A stretch of DNA of 64,000 bases. Origin: Raillietiella orientalis. Taxonomy: Eukaryota. The notes below the pieces were generated by a model. The model was not told the origin of the DNA. It did not search any database and saw nothing but the letters and a program-made list of their open reading frames with translations. The stretch covers positions 124,001 to 188,000 of the forward strand of contig JAYWIR010000045.1 of assembly GCA_036172245.1 (NCBI GenBank), read 5' to 3'. Each line of letters begins with the position of its first letter. Position 1 is the stretch's first letter. Below, piece by piece: positions 1 through 12,949 of this stretch. A program made the translations under genes and the position numbers.

Positions 1-1085
1 GTTCATGGGTGGATTGACTGCTTCATATACGGATGACCAGTGGCACACGAGCTCGAAGTTGACATCGCGCTGTCGGACCGCGCAACCAGGCGAGCAAGAA
101 CTTGTGGCATCCCGTTTTGTTTTGACAACGGCTTCCGGTAGCGCTCACATAGCCGGGACGGGAGAGGGATTCAGGAGGGCAGCAAGATGATCCGCTTCAT
201 CCGTGTCGATTCGCGCGTTTTCAAAAAACGCTTCCTCCCTCGGATGCCGTGAGACCTTGCACGACAGCCACCCAATCACTCTGGAGCTCTCGATGCACGA
301 AGACAACGCTGAGAACCAAAATTCCCTGCCTTTGCGCCTGCGCGGTTCCATCCTCTGTAGAAACGAGTAGAGAGCGGGCAAACGTCGGCAGACTTTCGTC
401 TTCTGACTGTCTCTGTAAGGTGAGGTGCTGTGAGCTCCTGCAGCCTCATATCGTTCCCCGGAGAAGACAGTGGTGGACGGGATAAGCGGGTCGCTGGCTG
501 CCCACGTGCCCTCGTTTCTCACGTCAAAGACATCAAGGACCTGTGTCTTGATCTGGCATCACGTCTCCGGGGGCCTGCATCCCCGGACTGTGCCATCCTT
601 GAAGTCGTACCGGCTTTTGAACTACGGATTCCTCCAGGAACTGTGGCGGAGGGCCATCATGTTTCAGCACTCCTGCGCCAGGAGGACACCTTCCGTGACC
701 TGCCGCAGCGATTCTTCGAGAGTGGCGAGATCCCGACAGGCGCCGGGGTTACATGTTGTATCCACGTTACCGTCATGGTCCTCCACGTTCTGCAGACTTC
801 GGACGCAACGGAGGGGGGTCACCCGCACGGCACTACGTGAGGACGGCTGCGAGGTGGCCTCGCCTGGAAGAAGAAGCCAAAGAGGAGATCGATGCTCCAC
901 CGAGCGCCGGTTTCAAGAAGGAGAAACGGCAGAAAGCAGTGACCCCTGCCCTCACGCTCTCCCCTCCACTTGTTTATTCGTTGTCCCTTCCCTTCTGTTC
1001 CGGACTTTTCCCGGTTGTCCGCGAAGGAACGGAACACGAAGCCAAAGAAGTGCCTTCTGGTTCCTTTTTTTATTTTTGTTCATCA
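1..1085 (+). mobile_element. Decayed 3' portion of an L1/Tx1-like non-LTR retrotransposon
   Basis: Ends in 'gcagtgacccct' followed by a pyrimidine/T-rich tract (940-1080), the same stop-plus-3'UTR layout ('cagtgatccc' + T-rich) seen in the better preserved LINE copies at 5985, 50628 and 55255. The coding frame is broken. Confidence 0.45.
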
Positions 1086-1099
1086 TCCCCGCCTACCCA

Positions 1100-2900
1100 T
1101 CGTTCCGGACTTCCTGGAGTGACCGACCTGCGTGTCGGCGCATCCGCCCGGAACGCGTTTTCGTTTTCCATAGGGAACCGCATCCTCCGGCCCAGTTTCC
1201 TCGCCAAGCGAACGGCCCGGCGTGACCAGGTGGCAACGCTCCTGCGGTCTCGCCACTGTGCTCCTCTCCACCCGATGTGCAGATGCGGGGTCGAGTCGAT
1301 TCCTGGGTCCCCCGCGCGTTTCAGCGGGATCCTCAAGAAGAGAGGATCAGGTGCGTAGATCAGCGCGTCCTCTACTGGGGCGAACCGCAACGCGTTTCCC
1401 CCGTTCCCCTCCCGGAGGGGAGGGTTCCGTCACCAGCTCGCCGGCGAGCCCAAACCCTCCGCCCGCTTCGCTCCGTGGGAGCGGAAGCGAGGCGAGCCGC
1501 AGCGGCTACGGATCGGCCGCGTTCCCCGAAGCTGCAGTGGCCCGTCCGGCGCCATGCTCCCGCGGCAGCTCGTCTTCGTCCCCCTCCCCCTCTCTCCTCC
1601 GTGGAGGCTCCCTTGCGGGGCCGCGGAGCGGAGGCAGCTTATCTTCCCATCTCGGATAAGCCATCTGTTGCGGAGGATAAAGTCGAGTCCGGCAGGCTCA
1701 TGGGAACGTCCTTAATTGATCTCTCTTTTCCTTCCGTTCCTGCCGGGAAACCGGACTCCTCCGCCATGCCGGCTCGCATCGCGCCTTCGATCCCGCTGCC
1801 GTCGCTCCCCAGCCTCCCTGCTCCATCGTTGCTTATTCGTAAGTATTATCTATCATCAGCAGACGTGCGAACCTATCCTCTTCAAGTCTCTCACCCTCCT
1901 CCAGCATCAGCAACCGTTGAAATATTCATCGGATTTTCATGGCTCTGTGGAATCCCTTATTGTGAGTTATGGCTAGCCGAAGTCCATCCCTATTTTCGCG
2001 GCTGGAAAACTTATCCTACTCCAGCTTCCGCCACGATTCCCAGCGGATTGTTCCTGCCTATTCAGAAAGCTTCATGTTCGACAGCCACCTCTCCCTTCCT
2101 GCCGGCAGTTCCAGGTTTCAGAGGTTCCTGGAAGAGCCGCGCTTTCTTCACAGAGCAAGCGCAGAGCCGGGTCGGTAGCCACTCTGATCGCTGGTCAACG
2201 GGCGCCGCTGGTGCATACGAGGACGCAGGAGGAGTGGGCACCGAGGGGAATCCAGGAGGTTGGGACGGACCATCTTTGCCAAGGAGACTCGTGAAGCGAA
2301 CGCTGGCTGTTCTCCGTCTGCCCTTCCCCCGGTCCAATGCCAGCCGGCGTGCCCATTCCAGACTGGTTTTTCCATCTCCTCGGGCAGGAGTGTCTTCGCC
2401 CGCGAGATCCGAGCGGGGCGCGTCAAGATGACTCTTGGAGGTCGTGGGCGGAGATCAGGTCTGCCACCTTGCCATCCTGCTATCCCGGCACGACCGTTCT
2501 CCCTCCTTCCCCTTCTAGGAGCAGGGGCTTCACCACGCCTCCGCAGAGAGGATCCCCAAGGGGCGCACCCGCCGCAGCACCGCGGCCACCCGCCTGCGCG
2601 CACTCCCCGAAGCTCTAAAGCCCGCAGCGGACCGCGGACGCGCACTTCGATCCCTCCGGCGGCGGCATCCCAGGGGATCGATCCCATCACCCACTCGTCC
2701 GAACGGGGTGGTCGCTTCTCCAGACCCACGTCGCGGGCGACCCTCGGCCTCGTGCGAACCGAGCGGCGACCGCCGCTCGGCGACGGCGGTCGCCGCCGAG
2801 CAACGAGAGCGCCTGCCGGCGAGCCGTCCGCAACCCCCCGTCCCCCCTTGGAGGGATCCAGGACCCGGGATGTGAGATGCAAGAGCCCTCGTTTCCCTTA
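1100..2900 (+). mobile_element. Decayed N-terminal region of a NeSL/Utopia-like element (zinc-finger relics, possible Ulp1-like protease)
   Basis: Frame-broken motifs: 'SWVPRAFQRD...VLYWG' (zinc-finger-like), 'SWL..ESLIVSY' (~1937-1970, cf. Ulp1 WLxDxxIxxY), 'LVNGRRWC' (~2192, cf. HW motif) and 'CPFQTG' (~2350, cf. PxQxxxxDCG). All are degenerate. Confidence 0.35.
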
Positions 2901-3199
2901 CCGCGCTCGGAAACCGTGCTCCTCCTATGTATCCACGTGTTGGCCCTTCCCTGGTTCCTCCTGTCCCCAGTGGAGGGTCAGCGTCTTCTCGTCTCTGGCC
3001 GGCATCTGTCTCTCCCGCTCTTATCGTAAAATTCCCATTTATTCAAGGTAAAACCTCGAATAAATGGCCTGATCGGCGTGACGTCATCCATGCCGGATTA
3101 CTGGGCAGCGCAGATGAGGTTTCGTGATTCTGCATTGCAGACACATAGAATCATCAGGATCGATGCCGACTAACTACCATCAGGCCATGTATGATGGGG

Positions 3200-3860
3200 A
3201 TGTTCTTCGCAAATGATGAATCATTTTGCAGCAGCGGAGCATGCGGTTCTCAGCGATCTGATCCCAATCGCTCCCTTCGCGGATCTTCCCGAAAGGAAGT
3301 GAAACAACCGGCGCACCCAGACTCCCACTTTGACACGACAGATCGGGCTCACATGAGAACGCGGGTGAAAGGGCTGAGCCCTTTTGTTGTCACCGGAAGT
3401 CATACGTGGTTGCCTCCTTGTGCACATGCTGACTGCGGAAGGTGACACGTTTCACACACGCATAGGACTAGGTGGGCCGCACACAACGGATGCAGTCATG
3501 TTCAAAACTAAACAGTATCAACTCACCCATATGTGCAGAGGTGGTGTTCCCCTCGTAGGGCAGTGCTTCTGGCGTTTCGTTTTGGAAGAGCGGATCTCCT
3601 TGCCTTAATGCACTTTCCTTCTTCGGACGGCTGTCCAAGCTGAGACGCCATTTGCACCGAAAGGTACTCGCTTGTCGAGGAGGTGGTTCTCATCTTCCGA
3701 GATGCACCAGAACACCGGAAAGCACACGAGCAACCTATCGACGCACGCCCTACCCTATTTTGTTTGGAGTTGGATTAACTCCAAATAAAATATGCAGCAT
3801 GGCTCGTATGAGTCTTGCTCTTATCGGGAAAATTAGCCGAACATCTGCCAATACTTGCTA
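3200..3860 (+). pseudogene. Decayed C2H2 zinc-finger array
   Basis: Translations in mixed frames give 'AHMRT...EPFCC', 'LLVHMLTAEG', 'FKTKQYQLTHM', 'QCFWRF' and 'FGRLSKLRRHL' (exact F-x5-L-x2-H spacing, ~3622-3655), with stops and frameshifts. Confidence 0.5.
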
Positions 3861-4639
3861 ATTATTCTGCTTGGCTTCCTCCTCGGTCATAACGTGCTTG
3901 AAAGTTCGACAGCCGACGCATTCAGCGCCTTGATTCCTGATCGCTCCTCACCTACAAAATAAACTCCTGCTTACGCTACAGATGACTTAAAAGGTTGCCT
4001 TTCCTGTTGGGCTGTGACTTTCTGCTTCTGCTTGCAACAGGAGGGAAACTCAGGAATTCTTATTACCAGCATCTTTCACATCAGGTGCGTCGATAACTGG
4101 CTGCCAGGAAAAGGACAGCGAAACACATTCAGCAGTAATAACTATCCTGCTAAGAATAGGCATTATCGCTGCATTTTTTTTGTTGCATCCTGGAAGAAAT
4201 CACTCGTGCTACTAAATCAACAAGTAAAACGTAAACAGGATGACAGGCAACGAATAACGAACGCTGGGGATTTGTGGACCCGACCGTGGGGAGAGTACGA
4301 ACAGAAAAAAGGCGAGCTCCATCTTGACGTGATTACTTCGTTAGAGCATCTCTTCAGAGCAGAGTGGCGAAATTTGTATTACTTCGAATGGTTCTTCACA
4401 CGATTGCTGCATCATGCACATAGCCAAATGACGTAAAACCTTGCTCTCCGAAGAGCTCGACACATTTCTCCCTTCAGAGAGAATATCAGTGAGTTCGCAA
4501 ATTGAAGGGCAAACAAGAAGCAAAAGCAAACAACTATATCTCCCTTTCAAGGAGGGGAGCATAATGCAGTTTGGCTACGAGTGAATAAAAGGCTTCAAAC
4601 CATGTTTGCAGTAGCAACAAGGTGAGAAGAATTATCTCC

Positions 4640-6224
4640 GCCTAGTGAGTTGATGGCAGATGCTTAGGAACAAGACTCTCTCCCGGTCTACGTTCATACC
4701 CGCAAGGCATGTCGACGTGGTTCCGACCAGCTGCGTGTCACACCATCCACTGTGTGTGACCACGGCCGTGCGACACGCTCGTCGAGGTGCTCGCGTCCTG
4801 GGTGAGTGGAAGACGGGCCAGCTCACCAACGCTGCGATCCCGAGTACACCACCCCATGGACCTTGAGCTGGGACGAGCTGCTGGATGTTCCTTTGGAACA
4901 ACTGAAGTGGTCCCCGGTGCTCATGGACACCCTCATCCTCCCCTTGAAGTAGCAGGAGTCGGCTCTGTTTTGACACCCGGGTGCGCCGGGGCGTTTAATA
5001 AACAAAGAAACATGTGTAGGGCCATAGGCCCTACAACGTCCGGAAGAGTTCGGAACTTGCCGAGGCACCGGCACGCAGGCCGGCGAGGTTTGACTGGGCA
5101 GGGGGGGGGGGAGGCAAACAAAAATAAAAATAAAGAAAAACGCTATTTACAAAAACAAGGAGGGCTGGGGAAGGGATCATTTTCCACTGCAGACCGTCCT
5201 CTACATCCTTTCCAGGATGCCGGCAAGTTCTATCTCTATGCGTCCCAGATGGGGTCATCTTGCTGCCGTCCTCAGGAAGCCCAGGGCGAAGCAGATGGCG
5301 TCCCTATGTTGCTGTCCACCAGTGGCGTTGATCCAGACCGCCACAATCCCACGTAGGCAGCAAAGGGCTGCAAGGGCTGCGGCAGGCGAAAGGGCATTGC
5401 GCACAAAGAGGCGCTTGAACACGGCTCTAATAGCGTTCGTGGGTGCATCAATGGCCGTTGCGAAACGCAACCACAGGAGCCGGAGGGCAACACAGTCAAG
5501 AAGCAGGTGCGGCAGGGATTCCCGTACCCTTCCGGAACAATTATCGACGCTGTTGCTGTTGCACTGGGGTCTCCCGTGCAACACCCGCCGTCATCACTGG
5601 CCGCGGGTGTGTGTGGACCTCAACTGTGTCAGGTGCGTGAAGCGCGAATCCCTCCATCGCCTGTTAGTGGACTGTGTTGCCCCCGGCCCCTCTGGGAATG
5701 CTTTGCCGTGGTCCTGGGAGCCTCCGGAAGCAAATTCAGGGACGCCCTGAAACCCCTCTTCGTTCGCGAAACCCTTCGGCCAGCGGTCTCGCTGGCCACC
5801 CGGTGCTGCCTACACTGGATCGTCGCTGCTTGGGGCAAGGCAACAGGAGGATCCAGCGATAGGAATGCCGTCTACTTCGCAGTCCTTTTCATCAGGATGG
5901 CGACGCGATCGCTCCACCTGGACAGGACTATCCAGCAAGACCTTGCCGGTGTCCTACAGAAGATGGACAGGACTGCCACCAGGAGACAGTGATCCCATCC
6001 CGTACCTCCCAAAGTATATCTATTTTTTTGCTTTTGTTTTTCTTTTTGTTTGTCCCCTCCCCTCTGCTGCTGTGGTGGACCGCTCAGGTCTGGAACCGGT
6101 GCCTCGGCAAGTCTCCATTAAATTATGCGTGGTTGGACCAACCACATAATTTAACCTGGTCCAACCACAGTTCTCGTTATATGTTTATTTTTGAATAAAC
6201 GCCCCGGGAGCACCCGTGTGAAAA
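4640..6224 (+). mobile_element. L1/Tx1-like LINE family A, 3' part, interrupted by a nested inverted copy
   Basis: ORF2 C-terminal knuckle 'LNCVRCVKRESLHRLLVDC' (~5620-5675), stop at 5990-5992, T-rich 3'UTR, AATAAA 6194-6199, hairpin and AAAA at 6221-6224. Clearly homologous to copies at 51766-53190, 54600-55420 and 61771-63460. Confidence 0.85.
4970..5547 (-). mobile_element. 5'-truncated family A copy inserted antisense into another family A copy
   Basis: Minus-strand 'VDNCSGRVRESLPHLLLDCVALRLLW', T-rich UTR, ATTAAA, hairpin and A tail. The host sequence resumes on both sides. Imperfect TSD ctctgtt (4963-4969) / cgctgtt (5548-5554). Confidence 0.8.
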
Positions 6225-6299
6225 TCGAAGTGCTCGCGTCTGGTGAACTGCGCCTCTCGAAGACTGGTTCTCTGAAGAACAGCAATCTTCCCACTGCCG

Positions 6300-9200
6300 C
6301 CGATGGAGCATTACCAAGATGCAGCCAAAGATATAGAGATACTTTTAGAAGGCACGTAATTGGGAACTTCCTATGCGACCCCTTTTTCTTCGCATAGCTT
6401 TTGGAGCCAAACATTCAGACTCTCCTCAAACCACCCATCGAAGTTTCCTACTTTTCCGAACCGAAATTTCTCTGCTACGCCATTTGGTTCCGTCGGTAAA
6501 GCGCAGCCTCTGCAAATTTTTTCCTCCATGTGTTTCATGTTCTCCTTCTTATAAGCTGTCCTGTGAAGCTTTTTGTACTCTGCTTTTGCTCGAGATGATA
6601 ATATACCTTTAGTTTTTTTTTTTCTCCTTCTCACGCTTAACATCTCCCTCAGTTTTTCAGCATTTTTTTACATTTTTAATACTACCATTCGGACGCGGTT
6701 GTGCTGCTGGTGTCCCAGTGCCTAGCATCCTCACTCACTTCCCAAGTTTGCATTGACCGGGCTGAATATCTTTTGTTATTGTGCTCCTCTGCATAGAAGG
6801 GGCTTCAAAAGCTTTTTACTATGCAAGTTATTCATGAGCGCCGAGGCGGATGCAGTATTCAATATTTTAAGGCTGTCCGATTTAAGACAGACGATTCTGT
6901 CTTCTCCTTGCGTGTCCAGGGGAGACTTATTATGCCCATGACATTTAATATTTCAAGTAACAAATATATCTGTGTGCGGCATGTCCGATTGGTTAGATTA
7001 AATTTGAGTGCTTTTCTTAGTTTATTCACGCCTATCACCGGATGCATCATAAGCGTATAGTTTTTGAAATGAACGAGATAAGAGTCCTCAGCAAGCACGT
7101 CTTAGACACTCTCATCATAGCAAGGATATTTCTTTGTGCATGCGATGCACATGCACTCAGGCGCGCTTTTCTGCGTGGGAGGCAGCACGAATGCGCACAT
7201 GAAGGAACAGCCTTGCCCATGTGGGCAATTATACTGTGGCTGTGCACAGAGGTAATATACGAGTGTACTCAGGGGGGGAAATATGTTCCATACACAGAGG
7301 CACAGCAAATCACAACAGGACTGAATATGAAGTTTGTACGCCTCTCGTAGGTCCCCCGCACAGGTTACATTACGATTTCTATAATGTGTAGTTTTATTAC
7401 TTTCTCGTATCCAGTTCATCAGTTTGTGACGCCTCCACCATAAAGAGGCTCGTGATATTTGGTCCATATATTATTCAGCGTAGTCAGTCATCATGGCACC
7501 AGCTGCATGGAGGGCAACAAGGAAAGACGGCATGCAGGCGATGTTCCCAGAATAATTTGCTGGCGGCTTCCTCAAAAGCAAATTTTCAGGTCAAGAAATG
7601 GGAAGCGGGTCTCGAAGATAAAAAGCAATCCAATGCAGCTCATCCTAAAATAATCCGCATGAGCTCAGATCCTTGAAACGAGATCAAGTGGTGCATCTAA
7701 CCCGAGACTGCTGATGGATCTGCAGCTGCGATCATGCCAACAGCCTTAGCTGACGTGCACCGAGTTCTGCGAAAGGACGGATCGGCGACGGGAAACGAGA
7801 AAGTGCAAGTTTCCATGATGTCCAAGATGCAGCTCACACGACGACGACGACGGCACACGGAAAGTTTCCTTCCGATCTACGGAACGGCACCTTCTGAATG
7901 GATGATGACGGAGACTATTCGTACCGCAAGTTCGGTCCGCAGTCGATCTGTCCGCAAGTTGGGAGCAGTGTTGAAAATCTGCTGAAAATCCGACAATGTA
8001 ACTAACTGTGTGAGATCAAGAGACCCGCCCCCCCCCCCCCCCCCAAAAAAGGAAGATGCCAAAGTGCATTTAATAAATCTATCCTATCAGCTAACTAATC
8101 AATGTCCTCAAAAGCACCAGCAGGGAGATCCGTTGTCCCAGTGGTTTAATCATACACGATTTTGTTAATAGCGTCTGATCTCAGCCACTCGGATTATGGC
8201 CCTAGCAAAGTAGTTGGATGCTGTCATCACTTGTGCAATAAATTTACTGTTTGGTGCTGAGCGGTTCATGTTCAACAAAACTTCAGGGAACTTTGCCACG
8301 AGATAATTTCATAGCGAGAGGAAACCGATCGGAAATCTCTGAGTTTCCCGAACAGGACCACAAATTGGGTTAGCTAATGAAATGCCATGCCAAGTGTAAC
8401 CCAAATAAATTCTTATTCAGAAAGATGTGTGCGATGTCCAGGTCCAGGAAATTTCAATATCCTGTGATCCTACCTGCCAATCACCAGCACGCCAGAAGTC
8501 GTCAAAGGCTGCTGCAACGAAGACTTGCAAAAAAGGGAAGCGCACCGCATCTTCGGGATCGGCTTGGAAAAGAAGCTCCTCCAAGTGCATCGGAACGACG
8601 GCCATCAAGTTGCAAATGGCAGATAAATGGTCTTCAAGTAGACTTGGCCGTGATACAGTTTTTCTGGATGATCGTCATTCCAACTTGGGATCAATCTCCC
8701 ATTTGAAGCCCAATGCGGGCAGAGATGTGTCAAGCGTTGCGTGCTCCGATATTTCCCTTCATTGAATTGCTCCGGCTCTCATCCCTGCGAGGAGAAAAAA
8801 AAAAACAAAAAAAAACAAAATGCTTCCCCTAAGCCAGCAAACAGCATCCTCACGGGAGCGGGCGTGTTTTCCAGGGATCGAAAAATCTGCGGGTGGCAAA
8901 CTTAGACTTCGGGAACAATCGATGGGATTTGAATAGATGTTGCACTTCCGCTAATTAGCCGGTAAACACGTCCCGAGCATGGGAGATCATGTGCAAAATT
9001 TATCTACTTACTTATTTATTAGGCTGTTGAGGTAGAAAATGGCTGTCTGTGTTCCCAGCACAGTCCGTGTGCTCAAGCCATCAAATCCTTCCCCTCCACA
9101 TTTGCAGTCGTTTTGGGAGCGCTAGCCGGGAACACTAACTTAATGACAGTATCAACGTTTGCGTCTAAGTATCAAAGGGAGCATATGAGACTTGCAAAAG

Positions 9201-12100
9201 TTTCTCAGGAATGCTCAGGAGACTTCGAGAAGCAAGCAATAATAACGAGTATTGAGTGAGAAGATGTGCTGATAAATAGATTCCACGAATGAGCGTAATG
9301 AACCTTTTGGAAAACGAATTACTCTACTTATAGTGTTACTGACGCCATATTCGTGCTTTTCGTTTTCAAGACCATTCTATCCCTTTTCTGCGACACACAA
9401 AAAGATGTTCGAGGATGTTTCCGCCCGTAGAAAAGCACAGTCTCTACTAATTAGAGTTCCGCAAGTTCTGCTCTACCCAAAGGAGATTTCATACAAAAAC
9501 GAGATCTTCCTAGGAAGGAGGAGCAGGATTATCTTCCCGGAAAGAAAATCATGGAACCAAAAATAGAATTACTCTTGATTCATTTTCCATCTCCCTTGAT
9601 TTGGGAGCTGAAGCATGGATGCTCGAAAAGGGCAAGATGCCATAAGCACTCTATTCATTTTTTGAGTGTGGTCAGGTGAGGATTTTTTTAGCTTTCAGAA
9701 AGAAGTAGGGTCTTCATTAACATACTGCTCATGTTTGGGGCAAACTTAATCTGTGCACTACTTGTCTCGGATTTCTCGTGTGCATCTGAACCTGAAAACA
9801 AAGGAGAGAGATCTTTCATGTGTGCTTTCGAAAGCCCCATCATGTGAATAATCTCCTCGTCTCAAAGAGAAAGAGAATTCGCTGCTCCAGGAAGGCAAAT
9901 GCGGATCAGACGGCGGTCACACAGCCACGATTTGCAATATTGGTTTTCGTCACCAGGGATTCGCATGCCACTGAACCCTTGAAGCATCTGGACTTGCGAT
10001 GAAAAGTGTCATTTATTCGTACTCAAGCGCAACTCATCAGACAAATGGCTCACTATAATTGCTGCACCCTCAGATGTTTGGTTCTTTGCCATGTGCCGGT
10101 GTCGTTGGCGTTTCTCTTGAAGCACGGCTCCCGAAGAGTGCTTCTCGCACCATTAATAGAATTCACGATGATTCCCATATTATTATGCGATTCGCCGATC
10201 TCGAGGAAGACTTTCTTGCTGGCTGCTTCGCTCCACGTTCTGCAGAATAATGTGGATGTGGTCCAGATCTGGATCCATTCCACCTCAGGTTCGAACTCAA
10301 CATGGTTCCCATGCCGGTCAGTGAAACAAAACGTCCCCTTTTCCTCCTCCGCACAAATCCTTGCTCTTGGAGTACCTATGTAGCTCTCGCATGCAAGCCC
10401 GAAAAGAAAAAACAAAACAAAACAAAACAAGCAAACACAAAATGTCGCTTTCGTGCTTCCATTACGTCTGACAAGATGAAGCTTGTGGCCTGGAGTGCAC
10501 GAACACACTTCAACATTGTATGTGCAAGAGGGTATTGAAGTGAAGCTGATTTATTTCCGACGTTGTTTGTCGCAAGAAATCCGCGTGTTTGATCGCACGA
10601 GTAAGCACTGGGGTCTTTCATTCCTGCTGCAGCTACTTCAATTAAGACTTAAGGTCTCTGTGGGTTCGTCCCCATGTGTTTGTGCAAAAACTTGGCATTG
10701 CATCTTGAGTAGCGCGAAAAGTGCATAATTGCAATTTCCCTTATGGATGCTTTCTTTGTTCCGGTCAACTTTCACTGTAGTTGGCTTCAATTTCCTCGTG
10801 TCAGCAAGCCCTTTTCATTAACATAGATCATTTAATCATCCAGTTTTATGCTTAATCCACTTTCTCTTTCTGGCGAGCAGCTCACAGTCTTAGAGTAGGG
10901 TGGTTTTTGTGGTTTCATACTTTTTTCGCCACACTGTGATTTGATCAGCACGCGACTCACTGCGCTCGTGCGTGTTTAGCTCTTGTGACTTTGTCACCAG
11001 CCATCTGCATGTGGAGCAGTCGTTGTCTGTGGGTGTGAGTAGCCGACTCACTGGGAAAGGAAGTCAGCAAGCAAGGTCAACGTCTGACTTGCACAGTTGT
11101 AAGCTTTATTCGTGTTAAAAAGTAGCTTTTCTCGTAATGGAGTGAAGATAATGTCTGAGTTGATGGTTATGGCCAAATGGGATTTTGGTGAGTAGCATCA
11201 CTTTGGCGGGCAGCAGTTTGTTTGCGCATCGGTGAGCATCAGTGCTACAGTGACAGTGCACACTTTCCGATAGGAACAGCAAAAGTCATTGCTCCAGCGA
11301 GAGCTGTTTTTTCTTTCTTTCTCTCTCTTTTTTTTAGCCCTCTTTAATCTGTATATGTCTCGTCAAGTAATAAAAGTAGGCTTTTAGATACCGTAGCATT
11401 CCCGTTGCTTGATTAGTACCGTTCCCTGGGGAGGCATTTTCATAATTTTCGGCAAACAGCTGAAAGGGCCTGACAAATCGCGGAGGTATCCACAAAGTCA
11501 GCTGAAAAGAAACACGTAAGCTGGCACCGGAGATGAGTACTTTCATTAAGATCAATTATTGCACTCATACGGCAACTCCGGTTCCTTTTTTATCCTTTAA
11601 AGAATCATGTTGCATGTTTGATGCAGTGAAACTTTATGAAAGTGAAGGAGTGCGGTCCCAGTACACAATCAGGACTTTCATCCCTGCTTCGCATTCTGAA
11701 CCAACATACGGCATTTGGTTACCATGGAGATGACAGCCGCTAGTTAGTCGGAAGCTGTTCGTATAGAACCGTTTTGCAGCTTTATTGGTCGATTGTGCAC
11801 ACATCACTCAACTGTCCCATAGACTTGGACAGATGTGGGCTAACCGGAAACAGTTCAGTGGAGGAAGAGAAGGCCTGTCTCCAAGGCAGTTCTCTGCAAA
11901 AGAGCGGACTCCGAATGACAAGGGAAGTGCTCCAAGGAGGAAGTAAAGGATCAAAAACCTTCCTGAAAGTTTTGAAAATTTGGGTGTATCCAACAAAAAG
12001 TTCCAGACACAGGGCAGACACAACTTGGAAAAAACTTGGTTTGGGTGATTTTCCCATTCATAGAAGAGATTGCATTTATGATCTCGAGAAATCAATCTGT
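6300..12100 (+). pseudogene. Extended tract of heavily decayed C2H2 zinc-finger-like coding relics
   Basis: Scattered same-strand motifs: 'RCSQRYRDTFRRHV' (~6317), 'QHECAHEG' and 'YECTQGGKY' (7183-7285), 'HQLHGGQQGKTACRRC' (~7497), 'CAMSRSRKFQYPVILPANHQH' and 'RPSSCKW' (8428-8620), 'QAQLIRQM' (~10024) and 'CTHTATP' (~11557). No open multi-finger ORF remains. Confidence 0.4.
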
Positions 12101-12499
12101 AGACGCGTCGAGATTACCAGATGTGTGTGGCAGCCTCCTTAACTTACGCGGGGCGTGCACAAAAAGAACGAGGGTATTTTTCCATGGCTCGGAACCTGGA
12201 AACGCAAGAAGGATATTTTGAGGCAATGCGTGTACAGAGTTAAAGTTGAATGGAACCTCGTTCTGAGTTTCCTACTTGAAATTTCGTTTCCTCCCTTTCC
12301 TTCCCTCCTCCCTCTCTCCTCTCCTTCTGCTCTCACAGAAAAGAAGTAGGGGGCTCCAAAAAGAAGGAACGGACTCACTGAAGAAAGCGCAGGATATTCG
12401 TGCTAAAACTTGAGGGGTTCAAAAGTCCAGGGAAGCACTTCCAGTTTATCCATCTCCTCAATTCATTACAGTTCACGTCCGGTTCCTTGAGTTCTCAAA

Positions 12500-12890
12500 T
12501 ATTTCCTATGAAGTAGGGAGCTTGGAAGCCACCCACGGAGCCATCGAGCTTCGTCCAGGTGAGATTATCTCCTCCCTATTCCTTGTCCTATTCCACAGCA
12601 AGAGCGACGGGCCTGATTTTGCTTCTACGAACTCAGAAGCCAGAGAAGTTCCTCTTACCTGCGCCTCCCTCTTACAGCCTGAAATCCTGCAGGTCATCCG
12701 CTTGTCTGTTCTCGTCCACATGGACTCACCTGAGGAAGCCTCCGCCCCTTCCAGAAAAAAGACTCTTGCAAGCGGGAGCAAGAAAGATGAGCTCCTCAGA
12801 ACAGCATCACTCTCTTCCCAGGAAGTGCGCCGCGTTCGATTTACAGAATCATCTTCGATCCCGGCGACGGGCATCAGGAAGGGAAGTTTT
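12500..12890 (-). mobile_element. Fragment of a NeSL/Utopia-like element (post-RT region), paralogous to 13855-13975
   Basis: 12712-12870 is nucleotide-similar to 13855-13975 ('ctcttgcaa/ggcgggagcaagaaagatgagctc'). Minus-frame 'GRGGGFLR...DFRL' and 'SLLLWNRTRN' resemble the GGxG...SLWxRxR region of RLE-type elements. Confidence 0.6.
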
Positions 12891-12949
12891 ATCGCTTAGA
12901 TTTACAATCTAACATCGCGTTACAGGAGGGCTCTTCACATCCTTCCGAA

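Noticed and set aside
1277..2431. 384-aa ORF (and similar long Arg/Pro/Ser-rich ORFs at 21976-22896, 17828-18598, 58508-59308) as real genes
   Set aside because: They are explained by high GC content in TE relics. Recognisable motifs switch frames, and low-complexity runs are translated.
8068..8150. AATAAA followed by a U2-snRNA-like tctatcctatcag, and a nearby 'QQGDPLS' RT-like motif
   Set aside because: Both matches are too short and degenerate, and there is no supporting element upstream.
10005..10050. Hammerhead-like CTGATGAG...CGAA on the minus strand
   Set aside because: It has GAAT rather than GAAA, a weak stem II, and no stem III or cleavage triplet.
10053..10380. Minus-strand exon candidate
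   Set aside because: No recognisable family, and the + strand shows zinc-finger-like relics instead.
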